The notes: generated from the letters alone by a model not told the origin. A stretch of DNA of 52,179 nucleotides from Rhizobacter sp. (GCA_043758495.1 JAYVNL010000015.1:1-52179), one strand, 5' to 3'; positions 8,176-18,707 are shown, counted from the stretch's first letter. Program-made: numbers and translations.

Positions 8176-10161
8176 CTACTTTCCGATCTGAAGCAAGGTA
8201 TCGAATACGGATTGCGCGACCTGCAACATCTTGGCCGCGGCCTGGTAACTCTGCTGGAACTGGATCAGGCGTGCGGCCTCTTCGTCGAGGTTGACGCCCG
8301 AGGTCTGCGAAGCCTGTGCTTTCGCGTCGGTGGCGATCGCCGTCGACTGGTCGGCAGCGAAGCCGGCGCTCTGCACGCGCACGCCGACGGCGCCGAGCGC
8401 GCTGGCATAGGCATCGGTGACGTTGGCGCCAGCGACGGTACCGCGCTGGCCGACGATGGCAGCGTCGCGTAGCGCCAGCATCGCATTCGCGTTGCCGTTA
8501 TCGCCCGCCGGCACCGTGGTCCTGCTCACGGCGAGCGAGTCGCCCGCCTTCGGCACGCCCGACAGGCGCAGCTCGAAGCCGTTGAGCGAGATCGGCTGGC
8601 CGGCCACGAAGCTGCCGGTGCCGTTGACGGTCGGCAGCACCGCGGTCGTGTCGACCAGGCTGTAGCTGAAGTTGCCGAGGTCGTCGGTGAAGGTGATGGT
8701 CGCTGTCAGGTTCGGGTTCAGCGATGTGCTCACCGCCGTCACCGAAGCGACGCTGGCGGTGCCGGTGTTGCCGGCCGTCATCGCTGCCGCGACGGGCGAC
8801 GCCGCGGCGATGCCTTTCGGGTCGTCGAGCGCGAGCGCGATCGTGCGCGTCGACGGCGACGACGGTTGCAGCAGGAAACGGTCGCGCGCCGCCGGCAACG
8901 GGCTGGCGACGTCGACACGGAAGCCGTCGACGACGCTGCCGTTGGTCACGGTCTGCGCGTTGCCATCGGACAGCCGCGTCAGCCGGTAGCTGCCAGCCGG
9001 CAGCGCCGGGTCGGCGACGAGCTCGTAGTCGCTCGGCTGCAGCTCCTTGCTGTCGACGACGCTGATCGAGACGCTCGGCACACGCACGCCGCTGCCGTTC
9101 ACGTACGACGCCACCGGCACGCCGCCGGCCATCGCGTTGTTCGCCGACGGCGCCACCGAAGCGGCGCCGAGCGTGAGCAAGGGCGCACCGGCCGAAGCCG
9201 GCTGGCCGAGGTCGAGGCCGAGCGATTGCTGGCGGTTGAGCGCGCCGGCGATCGCCGAGGCGAGCTGGCCGATCAGGGCGCGGGCGTCGGGGAGATCGTG
9301 GTTCTGGACGCGGAGCAGGCCGCCCATCGAGCCGCCGGTGACGAAGCCGTCGGGAAAGGCGCGCGTCGCGCCGCCTTCGGTGATGCCGAGCTGGAGCTTG
9401 CTCGGGTCGTACTCGTCGGCCACCGTCATGATGGGCGTCGCGTTGCCGCCAAGCACCAGCGTTTGCGAGCCGCCTAGGAAGACGGCGACGCTGCCGTCCG
9501 CAGCCGGCAGCGTCGTCACCTGGACGAGTTGCGACAGGTCGTTGATGGCGGTGTCGCGCTGGTCGAGCAGGTCGTTCGGCGTGTGGCCGGTGCCCTGCAC
9601 GTTGGCGATCCGGGTGTTGAGGTCGGCGATCCGCACCGTCAGTGAGTTGATCGAGGCGACCGACGTGCGCAGGCCTTGCGTGATGCCGGCCTGGATCGAG
9701 TCCATCTGGTCCGACCCGGTTCGAAAGCGCGCCGCCATGTCACCGACGCGTGCCAGCGCCACCTGCCGCGCCGCTGAATCCTGCGGCTTGTTGGCAACGT
9801 CGACGAAGGCGTTGAACATCTGCTGGGCCGAGTAGCCGAGCCCGGCCTCGCCGGTCTGAAAGACCAGCTCGAGCTGCTTGAGCTGCTCGCTGCGGGTGCC
9901 GTCGGCGGCAGCCAGCGACTGCGATAGCGCGGCTTCGCGGGTCAGAAAATCGCTGTGGGCGCGGCTCACCGTGGCCACGTCGACGCCCTTGCCGAAGAAG
10001 CCGTTGCCGGTCTGCTGGCTGGACGCCGTCGCGAGCTCGACGTGCTGGCGCGAGTAACCCGGCGTGCTGGCGTTGGCGATGTTGTTGCCGGTGACCTGCA
10101 GCGCCGCGTAGTTCGCGGTCATCGCCCGCGAGCCGAGCGACAAGAGGGAAAAAGCGCTCAT
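8176..10161 (-). CDS. flgK: Flagellar hook-associated protein 1
   Basis: TGNNIANASTPGYSRQ; SGVNLDEEAARLIQFQQSYQA. Confidence 0.96.
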   Translation of the reverse strand: MSAFSLLSLGSRAMTANYAALQVTGNNIANASTPGYSRQHVELATASSQQTGNGFFGKGVDVATVSRAHSDFLTREAALSQSLAAADGTRSEQLKQLELVFQTGEAGLGYSAQQMFNAFVDVANKPQDSAARQVALARVGDMAARFRTGSDQMDSIQAGITQGLRTSVASINSLTVRIADLNTRIANVQGTGHTPNDLLDQRDTAINDLSQLVQVTTLPAADGSVAVFLGGSQTLVLGGNATPIMTVADEYDPSKLQLGITEGGATRAFPDGFVTGGSMGGLLRVQNHDLPDARALIGQLASAIAGALNRQQSLGLDLGQPASAGAPLLTLGAASVAPSANNAMAGGVPVASYVNGSGVRVPSVSISVVDSKELQPSDYELVADPALPAGSYRLTRLSDGNAQTVTNGSVVDGFRVDVASPLPAARDRFLLQPSSPSTRTIALALDDPKGIAAASPVAAAMTAGNTGTASVASVTAVSTSLNPNLTATITFTDDLGNFSYSLVDTTAVLPTVNGTGSFVAGQPISLNGFELRLSGVPKAGDSLAVSRTTVPAGDNGNANAMLALRDAAIVGQRGTVAGANVTDAYASALGAVGVRVQSAGFAADQSTAIATDAKAQASQTSGVNLDEEAARLIQFQQSYQAAAKMLQVAQSVFDTLLQIGK

Positions 10162-10171
10162 GGTCGACCGT

Positions 10172-11053
10172 TCAGGTCACCACGCGCTGCAGCCGCAGCG
10201 TCGTGTTGATGACGCGGCCGAGCTTGTCGGCGTAACCCGGGTCGGTGGCGTAGCCGGCGCGCTGCAGGCCCTGCGCGAAGCCCTGCGCCGAGGCCGCCTG
10301 GGCGACGACGCCGGCGTAGCGCGGGCTCTCCTTCATCATCTTCGCGTAGTCGCGAAACGATTCCTCGTACGAGCCGTAGGCGCGGAACTTCGCCGTCACC
10401 TTCTGCGCCTCGCCGCCGACCCATTCGGTGGTCGTAATCTCCGCCACCGGCCCGGTCCAGCCGGCGCCCGCTTTGATGCCGAACAGGTTGCGCGAGCTGC
10501 TGCCGTCGCTGTTTCGGATCTCGCGCTTGCCCCAGCCCGACTCGTGGGCCGCCTGCGCGACCATGAAGGCGGCCGGAATGCCGCTGATCTTCTCGGCGCC
10601 GCGCGCCGCGTCCTGATGATTGCGAACGAAGTCGGCCTGCTTCTGCGACAGAGGTGTCTCCGCAGCGGGCGCGACGGCACCTGCTGCCGCGTCGGGCCCC
10701 GTCATCCTGAGCGGAACGAAGGATCTCGGCAAAGCCACCGAAGCGCCCCCCATCTGCCGCTCCAGCTGCCGCGCGATCGCGTCGGCCAGCCCGCCCGGCA
10801 GGCCGGTCATCTTGGTCGCGTATTGCTGGTCGAGCATCTCGCTGCCCAGCTGCGTGCCCGAGTTATCGAGCATCCCCGAACCGATGGTCGCTTCGCGCAG
10901 GCTTTTCAAGATCTGATGCATGAAGATCGCCTCGAACTGCTTCGCGGTTTCGCGGATCGCAGCCTTCGGATCGCGCGCCGCGGCGGCGCGAAGATCGCCG
11001 ATCGACAGCGTGCTGCCGGCGCTGGCCGGCAGACCCGACATGGGGCTCGTCAT
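10172..11053 (-). CDS. flgJ: Flagellar rod-assembly peptidoglycan hydrolase
   Basis: AKQFEAIF rod-binding domain; QAAHESGWG, NLFGIKA and YATDP glucosaminidase motifs. Confidence 0.95.
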   Translation of the reverse strand: MTSPMSGLPASAGSTLSIGDLRAAAARDPKAAIRETAKQFEAIFMHQILKSLREATIGSGMLDNSGTQLGSEMLDQQYATKMTGLPGGLADAIARQLERQMGGASVALPRSFVPLRMTGPDAAAGAVAPAAETPLSQKQADFVRNHQDAARGAEKISGIPAAFMVAQAAHESGWGKREIRNSDGSSSRNLFGIKAGAGWTGPVAEITTTEWVGGEAQKVTAKFRAYGSYEESFRDYAKMMKESPRYAGVVAQAASAQGFAQGLQRAGYATDPGYADKLGRVINTTLRLQRVVT

Positions 11054-12186
11054 CAGATCACCTCGAGCTCGGCGATCAGCGCCCCGGCCGACTTCATCGC
11101 CTGCAGGATCGCGAGCAGGTCTTGCGGCGTCGCGCCGAGGGCGTTGAGCGACTTCACGACATCGGCGAGCTTGGTGCTCGCGCCCATCTGGATCAGCGAG
11201 CCGGCCTGCTGCGAAATCGTGATGTCGGCCTTCTCGGTGACGACCGACTGGCCGGTCTTCGAAAACGCGCCCGGCTGGCTGACCGACGGCGTCGTGCTGA
11301 TCGTGACCGAGAGGTTGCCGTGAGCGACCGCGCAGGCGGCCAGCGTCACCGCCTGGTTCATCACGATCGAGCCGGTGCGGGCATTGATCACGACCTTGGC
11401 CGACGGCGTCGCCTGCCTGACCTCGAGGTTCTCGATCTCGGCCATGAAGGTGACCCGGGCGTCGGCCGATTCGGGCATGCGCACGCGCACGGCGCGGCCG
11501 TCGAGCGCATCGGCAGTGCCGGCGCCCATGCGGGCGTTGATCGCGCGCACGACTTCGCGGGCGGTCGCGAAATCGCTGGCGTTGAGGTCGAGCTGGATGG
11601 CATTGCCTTCGGCCAGCGGCGTCGCCACGGCGCGCTCGACGGTCGCACCGTCGGGGATGCGACCGGCGCTCAGGTGGTTGATCTGAACCTTCGAGCCGGC
11701 CGCTGAGGCGCCGGCGCCGGCAATCACGAGATTGCCCTGGGCGAGCGCGTAGATCTGGCCGTCGGCGCCCTTGAGCGGCGTCGCGATGAGGGTGCCGCCG
11801 CGCAGGCTCTTGGCATTGGCGAGCGAGGCGACGTTGACGTCGATCTGCTGGCCCGGCTGGGCGAAGGCCGGCAGTTGCGCCGTCACCATCACCGTGGCCA
11901 GGTTCTTCAGCTGCATGTTGGTGCCGGGCGGCACCGTCACGCCCATCTGCTGCAGCAGTGCCAGCAAGCTCTGCGTCGCGAACGGCGCCGAGGTCGTCTG
12001 GTCACCGGTGCCGTCGAGGCCGACGACGAGGCCGTAGCCGACCAGCTGGTTCATGCGCACGCCCTGTACCGAGGCGACTTCCTTGATGCGAGCGGCTTCG
12101 GCCGATGCCGGCCACCAGAGGGCGGCACTGGCGAGGAACGCAGCAACCGCGAGGGCGGCGCGGAGGAGTCGGTCGGAGTAGGTCAT
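11053..12186 (-). CDS. flgI: Flagellar P-ring protein
   Basis: RIKE…NQLVGYGLVVGLDGTGD; SLRGGTL; AGALIAELEVI. Confidence 0.96.
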   Translation of the reverse strand: MTYSDRLLRAALAVAAFLASAALWWPASAEAARIKEVASVQGVRMNQLVGYGLVVGLDGTGDQTTSAPFATQSLLALLQQMGVTVPPGTNMQLKNLATVMVTAQLPAFAQPGQQIDVNVASLANAKSLRGGTLIATPLKGADGQIYALAQGNLVIAGAGASAAGSKVQINHLSAGRIPDGATVERAVATPLAEGNAIQLDLNASDFATAREVVRAINARMGAGTADALDGRAVRVRMPESADARVTFMAEIENLEVRQATPSAKVVINARTGSIVMNQAVTLAACAVAHGNLSVTISTTPSVSQPGAFSKTGQSVVTEKADITISQQAGSLIQMGASTKLADVVKSLNALGATPQDLLAILQAMKSAGALIAELEVI

Positions 12187-12225
12187 CTCGAAAGTAGCGT
12201 GGCGTGCTTTCGATTTTTCAAGAAC

Positions 12226-12933
12226 TCAAATCGGCAGAACGTTCAAAAAGAAGCGCGAAAGCCAGCCGATTCCTTGCGCTTCGGCCTGGGCACCGCGACC
12301 GCGCTGCTCGATGCGCACGTTGGCGACCTGCGCCGAGGCGACGGTGTTGCCGGTCTGGATCATGCGCGGGTCGACCTGTCCCGAGAATCGCAGCACGTCG
12401 ACGTTGTGGTTGACGCCGATCTGCTTTTCGCCCGCGATGAGCAGGTGGCCATTGGCGAGCACGCCGGTCACGACGGCCGTGATGGTGCCGGCGAAGTCGT
12501 TGCTGTTCTCGGTCTTGCCCTCGCCGGCCGAGGTCACGCTCGAGCTGCCGGCAGCGCTGGCCCGGTTGAACGAGTTCGCCGACAGCAGCGGGAAGGCGGT
12601 GATGCCGGCCGCGACCTTGCCGCTCTTGTCGATCGAGCTGGTGCTCTTTTGCGTCGCCGAGATCTTCTCGACGATCTGCACCGTGATCGAGTCGCCGACG
12701 AGGCGGGCGCGGTAGTCCTCGAACAGCGGCCGGTACTGCGCCGCCTGAAAGATGGAGCCGTTGCTGACGGTCGCCACGGCCACCGGCTGCGGCGCCGCGT
12801 AGATCGGCGAGGCCAGGTCGACCGGTGGCCGCGGGTTGAGATGCTCGCAACCGGCCAGAGTCGCGAGCAGGGCAGCGCAGATGGCGATGCAGGCGACTGC
12901 ACCGCACAGGCGCCTCATCTCGGCGGTCTTCAT
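12226..12933 (-). CDS. flgH: Flagellar L-ring lipoprotein
   Basis: Lipobox LAGC; GSIFQ…LFED.RA..VGD; GWLSRFF. Start overlaps the flgG stop. Confidence 0.93.
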   Translation of the reverse strand: MKTAEMRRLCGAVACIAICAALLATLAGCEHLNPRPPVDLASPIYAAPQPVAVATVSNGSIFQAAQYRPLFEDYRARLVGDSITVQIVEKISATQKSTSSIDKSGKVAAGITAFPLLSANSFNRASAAGSSSVTSAGEGKTENSNDFAGTITAVVTGVLANGHLLIAGEKQIGVNHNVDVLRFSGQVDPRMIQTGNTVASAQVANVRIEQRGRGAQAEAQGIGWLSRFFLNVLPI

Positions 12934-13715
12934 CACAGTTGCGCCAGCTTCTGCAGCATCTGGTCCGAGGTCTGGATGGCCTTCGAATTGAGCTCGTAGG
13001 CGCGCTGCGTCTGGATCATCTGCACGAGCTCCTCGACGACGTTGACGTTCGAGGTCTCGACGAAACCCTGCTGCACCGAGCCGAGGCCGTTCTGACCCGG
13101 CGCGCCGGTGTTCGGCGTGCCCGAAGCCGCCGTCTCGCCGTAGACGTTGCCGCCCTTGGGCTCGAGGCCGCCCGGGTTGATGAAGCCGGCGACCTGAAGC
13201 TGGCCGACCGTTTGCGGCAGGGCCTGGCCCGGCAGCACCACGGTGACGGTGCCGTCGTTGCCGATGGTCACGCTCTGCGCCGCCGCCGGGATGGTGATGC
13301 CGGGCTGCACCGTATAGCCGTTGTTGGTGACGATCTGGCCGGTAGCGCTGGTCTGGAACGAGCCGTCGCGCGTGTAGCCGGTGGTGCCGTCGGGCAGTTG
13401 CACCTGGAAAAAGCCATTGCCGCGGATGGCGACGTCGAGCGGGTTCGAGCTCTGCTGCAGGTTGCCCTGGCCGAAGTTGCGCGCCGTCGCCACCGCCCGC
13501 GTGCCGAGGCCAACCTGCAGCCCGGTCGGGATCTGCGTCTGGTCGCTGCTGGCGGCGCCGGCCTGGCGCAGGTTCTGGTACATGAGGTCCTCGAAGACCG
13601 CATGCGAGCGCTTGTAGCCGTTGGTGGCGACGTTGGCGAGGTTGTTCGAGATGGTGTCCAGCTGGGTCTGCTGGGCTTCCATTCCGGTCTTCGAGATCCA
13701 CAGGGAACGCATCAT
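12933..13715 (-). CDS. flgG: Flagellar distal rod protein
   Basis: [16 protein letters not shown]…SNNLANV; [12 protein letters not shown]. Confidence 0.96.
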   Translation of the reverse strand: MMRSLWISKTGMEAQQTQLDTISNNLANVATNGYKRSHAVFEDLMYQNLRQAGAASSDQTQIPTGLQVGLGTRAVATARNFGQGNLQQSSNPLDVAIRGNGFFQVQLPDGTTGYTRDGSFQTSATGQIVTNNGYTVQPGITIPAAAQSVTIGNDGTVTVVLPGQALPQTVGQLQVAGFINPGGLEPKGGNVYGETAASGTPNTGAPGQNGLGSVQQGFVETSNVNVVEELVQMIQTQRAYELNSKAIQTSDQMLQKLAQL

Positions 13716-13740
13716 GGCGAGGCTCCGGTCAATGGCGGCC

Positions 13741-13802
13741 ATGGTGCTGCGGCGGTGCTTCCGGCCAAGCCGCGAAAAGAGCCGCGAAGGCGCCCTTCTT
13801 CG
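13741..13802 (-). promoter_or_regulatory. Putative class-2 (FlhDC-type) flagellar promoter for flgG
   Basis: CGCGAAAAG-N15-CTTCTTCG (13771-13802), then exactly 24 nt to -10 CACCAT; same geometry as the flgB promoter. Confidence 0.6.
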
Positions 13803-13873
13803 CAACCGCGGCGACCGGCGGCGGTAGCCACCGAGAATCGGGCCGGCGGTTTGCTCATGCCGCCAGGAACCGC

Positions 13874-14935
13874 ATGAAGCCGCAAACCGCCCGCACCGCC
13901 GCCGTCCTCATCCTCGCCGCCGCCGCCGCCTATTTGCTGCACGGGTTGGTCGAGCCGATTGCCTGGGCCGGCCTCATCGCGATGGCGACGTGGCCGCTGC
14001 ACGACTGGCTGCGGCAGCGGCTCGGCACCCGCTTCCAAATCGCCAGTGCGCTGGTGCTGACCGGCGCCGTGATCCTCTTCCTCGTCGTGCCGCTCGCCTA
14101 CATCGCGGTGCGTGCCTGGCACGAGCTGCCGGCCATGATCCAGCTCTGGTCGAAGGGCCGGGAAGCCGGCTTGCAAGCGCCTGCGTGGCTGGCGCAGTTT
14201 CCCGGCGTCGGCAGCTGGGCGGCGGCACAGTGGAACGACAGTCTCGGCGCGCCCGGCGCCCTGAGCGACCAGCTGCACTCCATATCGGGCGGCCTGGGCA
14301 TGGCCCGAGGCCGCACGCTCGTGCTCCTCCTGGGCCACCACGCGATGGCGTTTTTCTTCTGCGTCGTCGTCCTCTTCTTCCTCTATCTCGACGGCGACGC
14401 CCTCGCCGAGCAGATCGACGCCGTTCTTTCCGACCGGCTCGGCCCGGCCGGGCGGCGCATTCGTGGCGTTGTCGTCACCTCCGCGCGCGGCGCCGTCAAC
14501 GGGCTGGTGTTGGTCGGCGTCGGCCTCGCCGTAGCGATGACGATCGCCTACGCCCTCGCCGGCGTCCCGCACCCTTTCGCGCTCGGCCTGGCCACCGGTC
14601 TGCTCGGCATGGTGCCGTTCGGGGCGATGCTGGTACTCGCAGCGGTCGTGCTCTATCTCGGCGCCAGCGCTGCCTGGTCGACCGCGATCTGGCTCGGCGT
14701 GCTCGGCGCCCTCGCCATCTTCATCTCGGACCATTTCGTGCGGCCGGTCTTCATGGCCGGCGCCGCCCGCTTGCCGGTGGTGCTGGCGCTGCTCGGCATC
14801 ATCGGCGGTCTCGAGACCTTGGGCATGCTCGGCCTCTTCGTCGGGCCGACGCTTCTCGCTGTCGTGGCCGCGGTGTGGCGCGACATGGCGGCGGTCGGGT
14901 CGGAAAGCTTTACCGCGCCAGCGGCACTTAAATAG
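13874..14935 (+). CDS. AI-2E (PerM/YdiK) family transporter
   Basis: Multi-TM; [30 protein letters not shown] motifs; AGGA RBS. Confidence 0.9.
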   Translation: MKPQTARTAAVLILAAAAAYLLHGLVEPIAWAGLIAMATWPLHDWLRQRLGTRFQIASALVLTGAVILFLVVPLAYIAVRAWHELPAMIQLWSKGREAGLQAPAWLAQFPGVGSWAAAQWNDSLGAPGALSDQLHSISGGLGMARGRTLVLLLGHHAMAFFFCVVVLFFLYLDGDALAEQIDAVLSDRLGPAGRRIRGVVVTSARGAVNGLVLVGVGLAVAMTIAYALAGVPHPFALGLATGLLGMVPFGAMLVLAAVVLYLGASAAWSTAIWLGVLGALAIFISDHFVRPVFMAGAARLPVVLALLGIIGGLETLGMLGLFVGPTLLAVVAAVWRDMAAVGSESFTAPAALK

Positions 14936-15083
14936 CACATGGGCCGATCGCCACGATCGGATCCGGCGACACGGCAGCGAGCCGGAGAGCTCTCGCAGCG
15001 AAGCCGGACGCCTGCCGTGCAAGCAGCGGAATTCGACGAGGTCGCACGAACTGCTTCGCGCTCGGCCAGCGCGACTCGAGGGT

Positions 15084-15809
15084 TCAACTCACCGACAGCA
15101 ACTGAGCCGCGGATTTCTCGTTCGCCTCGGCCGTCGACAGCATCTTCATCTGCGCCTCGAACTGCCGGGCGGCAGAGATCATCGCGACCATGGTCTCGAC
15201 GGCGCTGACGTTGGAGCCTTCGAGGGCGCCGTCCTGCAGCCGCGCTGTGGCGTCGGCGCCGAGATCGCCCTCGGCGGCACGGAACAGGCCATCGGTGCCG
15301 CGCGTGAGCGGCGCTTCAGGCGTTACCAGCTTGAGCTTGCCGATCGCGGTGCTGCGACCGTTGGCGCCGGTGGCGCTGACGGTGCCGTCGGCCGCGATGG
15401 CGAGCTGCACGTTGGCCGGCACCTGGATCGGGCCGCCATCGCCGAGCGCCGTCAGGCCGGTCACGGTCGTGAGCGTGCCGTCGGCAGAGACGTCGAGCGA
15501 GCCGGCGCGCGTGTACGCCTCGGTGCCGTCGAGCCCCTGCACGGCAAGCCAGGCGTTGCCCTTCATCGCGACGTCGAGGTTGCGGCCGGTCGCGGCGACC
15601 TGGCCCGGCGAGGCGTCGTAGCCCGGCGTCGTCTCGAGCGTGTAGACGCGCGAGCTGGCGCCGCTGCCTTCGACCGGCACGGCGCGAAACGCCGACAACT
15701 CGGCACGAAAGCCGGCGGTGGAGACGTTGGCGAGGTTGTTGGCGAGCGTCTCCTGTCGCTGCATGGTCGCCTTCGCGCCCGACATCGAGAGATAGATCAC
15801 GCGGTCCAT
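15084..15809 (-). CDS. flgF: Flagellar proximal rod protein
   Basis: MDRVIYLSMSGAK…ANNLANVST.GF; LEGSNVSAVE. Confidence 0.95.
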   Translation of the reverse strand: MDRVIYLSMSGAKATMQRQETLANNLANVSTAGFRAELSAFRAVPVEGSGASSRVYTLETTPGYDASPGQVAATGRNLDVAMKGNAWLAVQGLDGTEAYTRAGSLDVSADGTLTTVTGLTALGDGGPIQVPANVQLAIAADGTVSATGANGRSTAIGKLKLVTPEAPLTRGTDGLFRAAEGDLGADATARLQDGALEGSNVSAVETMVAMISAARQFEAQMKMLSTAEANEKSAAQLLSVS

Positions 15810-15835
15810 GCCGACACCTTTTCAATCGAAGCAGC

Positions 15836-15911
15836 CGGCCGGGCGCCGGGCCGCCTCAATGCCGGCCGCGCCCCCTCGGGGGGCAGCGAACGTACCCGTG
15901 AGCGTGGCGGC
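15836..15911. repeat. REP-like intergenic repeat, copy 2
   Basis: Matches 8095-8170; core CCCCCTCGGGGGGCAGCGAACGTAC. Confidence 0.8.
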
Positions 15912-15915
15912 GCCA

Positions 15916-17175
15916 TCAACGCAGGTTGACGATCGTCTGCAGGATCTGGTCCTGCGTCTTGATCGTCTGGGCGTTGGCCTGGTAAATGCGCTGCGCGGTG
16001 ATCATGTCGACCAGCTCGCCGGTGAGGTCGACGTTCGATTCCTCGAGCGCGCCGGCCTGCAGCACGCCTAGGCTGCCGGCGCCGGGCGTACCCAGCACCG
16101 GGTCGCCCGAGGCGACGCTACGGACCCAGCCGTTGCCGCCTGTCGGCTGCAGCCCCTGCGGATTGCGAAAGTTGGCGAGCTCGAGCTGCCCGGCCGGCTT
16201 GGTCTGGCCGTTCGAGTAGCGCGCGTCGATGACGCCGTTGCTCTCGAACTGCACGCCGATCAGCTGGCCGCTGGCATAGCCGTCCTGCTTGAGATCGGTA
16301 ACGCCGAACTGCGAGCCGTACTGGGTGGCGCCGGCGACGCCGAGGGCGACGCCGGTGATCGCCACCGTCGTGGCGCCGACGCTGTTGGTAACCGGCGGGA
16401 TGTTGATGGCGACGGTGCCGACCGGCGCCGTCGGCGTGCCGCCGTTGCTCGGGAACACGATCTGCGTCGATGCCGCCGGGTTGCCGCCCGAGGTCGCGAT
16501 CGGCACGCCGTTGGCGGCGACGTAGACGTTCCAGGTGTTGGCGCCGGCGCGCTGGAAGTAGTAGGTCAGCGCCACGTCCTGGCCCTTGGCGTCGTAGACG
16601 GTCTGCGAAGTGGCGTTGTTGTAGGTCGACGGATCGGCGAAGTTGATCGGCGCGCCGGCGCTCGGCAGCGTGACCGCCAGCCGCGAATCGAGGTTCATCT
16701 CCATCGTGATCGCCGTCGTGACCGCCGGCTTGATACCGGCCGTCGGCATCTGAAGCGCCGTGGCGGTGCCCGGGATGATGATGCCGCTGGCATCGGCCGG
16801 GTAGCCCATCAGCCGCTGCTGCTGGTTGTTGACGATGAAGCCGGTCTTGTCGACCTTGAACTCGCCGTTGCGCGTGTACGAGACGGCGCCAGCCGCGCTG
16901 CTCACCTCGAAGAAGCCGCCTCCGTTGATGGCGATGTCGAGCGGGTTGTCGGTCGTCGTCACGTTGCCCTGCGTGAACTGCTGGGCGACGGCGGCGAGCG
17001 TCGTGCCGATGCCGACAGCGTTGCCGCTGCCGCCGATGGCGTTGGCGTAGACGTCGGCGAATTCGGCGCGCGATACCTTCGTGCCGAAGGTATTGGCGTT
17101 GGCGATGTTGTTGCCGATCACCTCGAGGTTCTTGCTCGCGGCGTTGAGTCCTGACAGACCTTGCTGGAAGCCCAT
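15916..17175 (-). CDS. flgE: Flagellar hook protein
   Basis: MGFQQGLSGLNAA…GNNIANA; LEESNVDLTGELV…QANAQTIKT. Confidence 0.96.
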   Translation of the reverse strand: MGFQQGLSGLNAASKNLEVIGNNIANANTFGTKVSRAEFADVYANAIGGSGNAVGIGTTLAAVAQQFTQGNVTTTDNPLDIAINGGGFFEVSSAAGAVSYTRNGEFKVDKTGFIVNNQQQRLMGYPADASGIIIPGTATALQMPTAGIKPAVTTAITMEMNLDSRLAVTLPSAGAPINFADPSTYNNATSQTVYDAKGQDVALTYYFQRAGANTWNVYVAANGVPIATSGGNPAASTQIVFPSNGGTPTAPVGTVAINIPPVTNSVGATTVAITGVALGVAGATQYGSQFGVTDLKQDGYASGQLIGVQFESNGVIDARYSNGQTKPAGQLELANFRNPQGLQPTGGNGWVRSVASGDPVLGTPGAGSLGVLQAGALEESNVDLTGELVDMITAQRIYQANAQTIKTQDQILQTIVNLR

Positions 17176-17188
17176 GGTGTTCTCTCTT

Positions 17189-17851
17189 TCAGTTGAAGGC
17201 ACGGACCGCGGCGTAGGCCACGGTGCCGGAGTTCTCGAGCTCGAGATTGAAGGTGTTGCCGCTGCTGCTGACGGCGTCGACGCGGTCGCGCATCAGTGCC
17301 GTGACCGGCGCGGCAACGCCGCCGCTGCTGGCGCTGACGCGAAACGTCAGCGCGCTGCCCGGCGTCGCCGCGCCCGACGGCCATTCGAAGCTGTGCACGC
17401 CGGCGCCTTCGGCTCCGAGGTTGATCGTCTGCATCACGGCGCCGCTGGGCGCCAGGATCTCGACCTTGACCGCATCGGCCGGGCCGGCGAGCTCGAAGCC
17501 ACCATGGCCGACGCCGGCCACCGCGTCGACCCGCAGCCGGTTGCCGGCGACGACGACATCGTGGCCGACGAGCGAGGCGCCCTGCACCGCCTGCAGCTGC
17601 ATGAACTGCGTCGACAGGCCGGCGACGGTGGCATTGAGCTTCTCGATGCCGCTCACCGTGTTGATCTGCGCCATCTGGCTCGTCACCTGGGCGTTGTCCA
17701 TCGGGCTCAGCGGATCCTGGTTCTGCATCTGCGCGACGAGCAGGCGCAGGAACCGGTCGGAGGTGGTGGCGGCGTCGGCGGCGGTGCCGGCGCTCGTTGC
17801 CGCCGAGGTGACGTTGACGCCGCTGGTCGAGCTGGTGGTGGCGATGCTCAT
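17189..17851 (-). CDS. flgD: Flagellar hook capping protein
   Basis: FLRLLVAQMQNQDPLSPMDN. Confidence 0.95.
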   Translation of the reverse strand: MSIATTSSTSGVNVTSAATSAGTAADAATTSDRFLRLLVAQMQNQDPLSPMDNAQVTSQMAQINTVSGIEKLNATVAGLSTQFMQLQAVQGASLVGHDVVVAGNRLRVDAVAGVGHGGFELAGPADAVKVEILAPSGAVMQTINLGAEGAGVHSFEWPSGAATPGSALTFRVSASSGGVAAPVTALMRDRVDAVSSSGNTFNLELENSGTVAYAAVRAFN

Positions 17852-17862
17852 GTTCGTGCGCC

Positions 17863-18282
17863 TCAGCCCTGGCCGAGCTGAAGCGTCTTCAGCAGCAGCG
17901 TCTTCGCGGTGTTCATCACCTCGAGGTTGTTCTGATAGGAGCGCGAAGCCGAGATCATGTTGACCATCTCCTCGATCGCGTTGACGTTGCTGTAGGTCAC
18001 GTAACCCTCGGCGTCGGCCGCCGGGTGCTTGGGATCGTGGACGCGGCGGCCCGGCGTCTGGTCCTCGGCGATGGTGCTCACGCGCACGCCTGCTGCCGTC
18101 GCGTCGTCGCCGCTCTCACCCATCAGCTGCGTCTGGAAGGTGACCTGGCGCGCCTTGTAGGCCGTGCCGTTGGGGCCGGCGACGGTGTCGGCGTTGGCGA
18201 GGTTGGAGGCGACCACATTGAGCCGCTGGCTCTGCGCGCTCGCCGCGCTGCCGCTGACGTTGAATATGGAAAGCATGCTCAT
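17863..18282 (-). CDS. flgC: Flagellar rod protein
   Basis: RLNVVASNLANA; DPKHPAADAEGYV; EMVNMISASRSYQNN. Confidence 0.96.
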   Translation of the reverse strand: MSMLSIFNVSGSAASAQSQRLNVVASNLANADTVAGPNGTAYKARQVTFQTQLMGESGDDATAAGVRVSTIAEDQTPGRRVHDPKHPAADAEGYVTYSNVNAIEEMVNMISASRSYQNNLEVMNTAKTLLLKTLQLGQG

Positions 18283-18290
18283 GGCGATCC

Positions 18291-18707
18291 TTACTGGCCG
18301 GTGATGGCCGAAAGCGTGGTCCGCACGTTGCCGGTGATGAAGCGCAGGGTCGCCTCGTACTTGATGGCGTTGTCGGCGAAGCTGGCGCGCTCGCGGTCCA
18401 TGTCGACCGTATTGCGGTCGAGGTTGGTCTGCGCCGGCGTCGCGTAGAGAAGCTCGCTGCCGACGCGGCCACCGCTCAAGCCGGCGGCGCCGCTGCCGAT
18501 ATGGGCAGCATGGGCGAGCGCGATCGTGGTCGGCCGACCGGGCGTGCCGGTGATGGCGCGCAGCGTCTTCGCGAAATCCATGTCGCGGGCGACGTAGCCG
18601 GGCGTGTCGGCGTTGGCGATGTTGCTGGCGACGAGGCGCTGCCGTTCGGCGCGCAGCTGCAGGGCCTGGCCCTGGAAATCGAGCGTGTCGGTCAAGCGGT
18701 TGAGCAT
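18291..18707 (-). CDS. flgB: Flagellar rod protein
   Basis: ASNIANADTPGY; D.NTVDMDRE; start MLNRL at 18707. Confidence 0.95.
   Translation of the reverse strand: MLNRLTDTLDFQGQALQLRAERQRLVASNIANADTPGYVARDMDFAKTLRAITGTPGRPTTIALAHAAHIGSGAAGLSGGRVGSELLYATPAQTNLDRNTVDMDRERASFADNAIKYEATLRFITGNVRTTLSAITGQ

Noticed and set aside
12226-13701. 491-aa extended FlgH
   Set aside because: The extension overlaps flgG in another frame; the lipoprotein signal starts at 12933.
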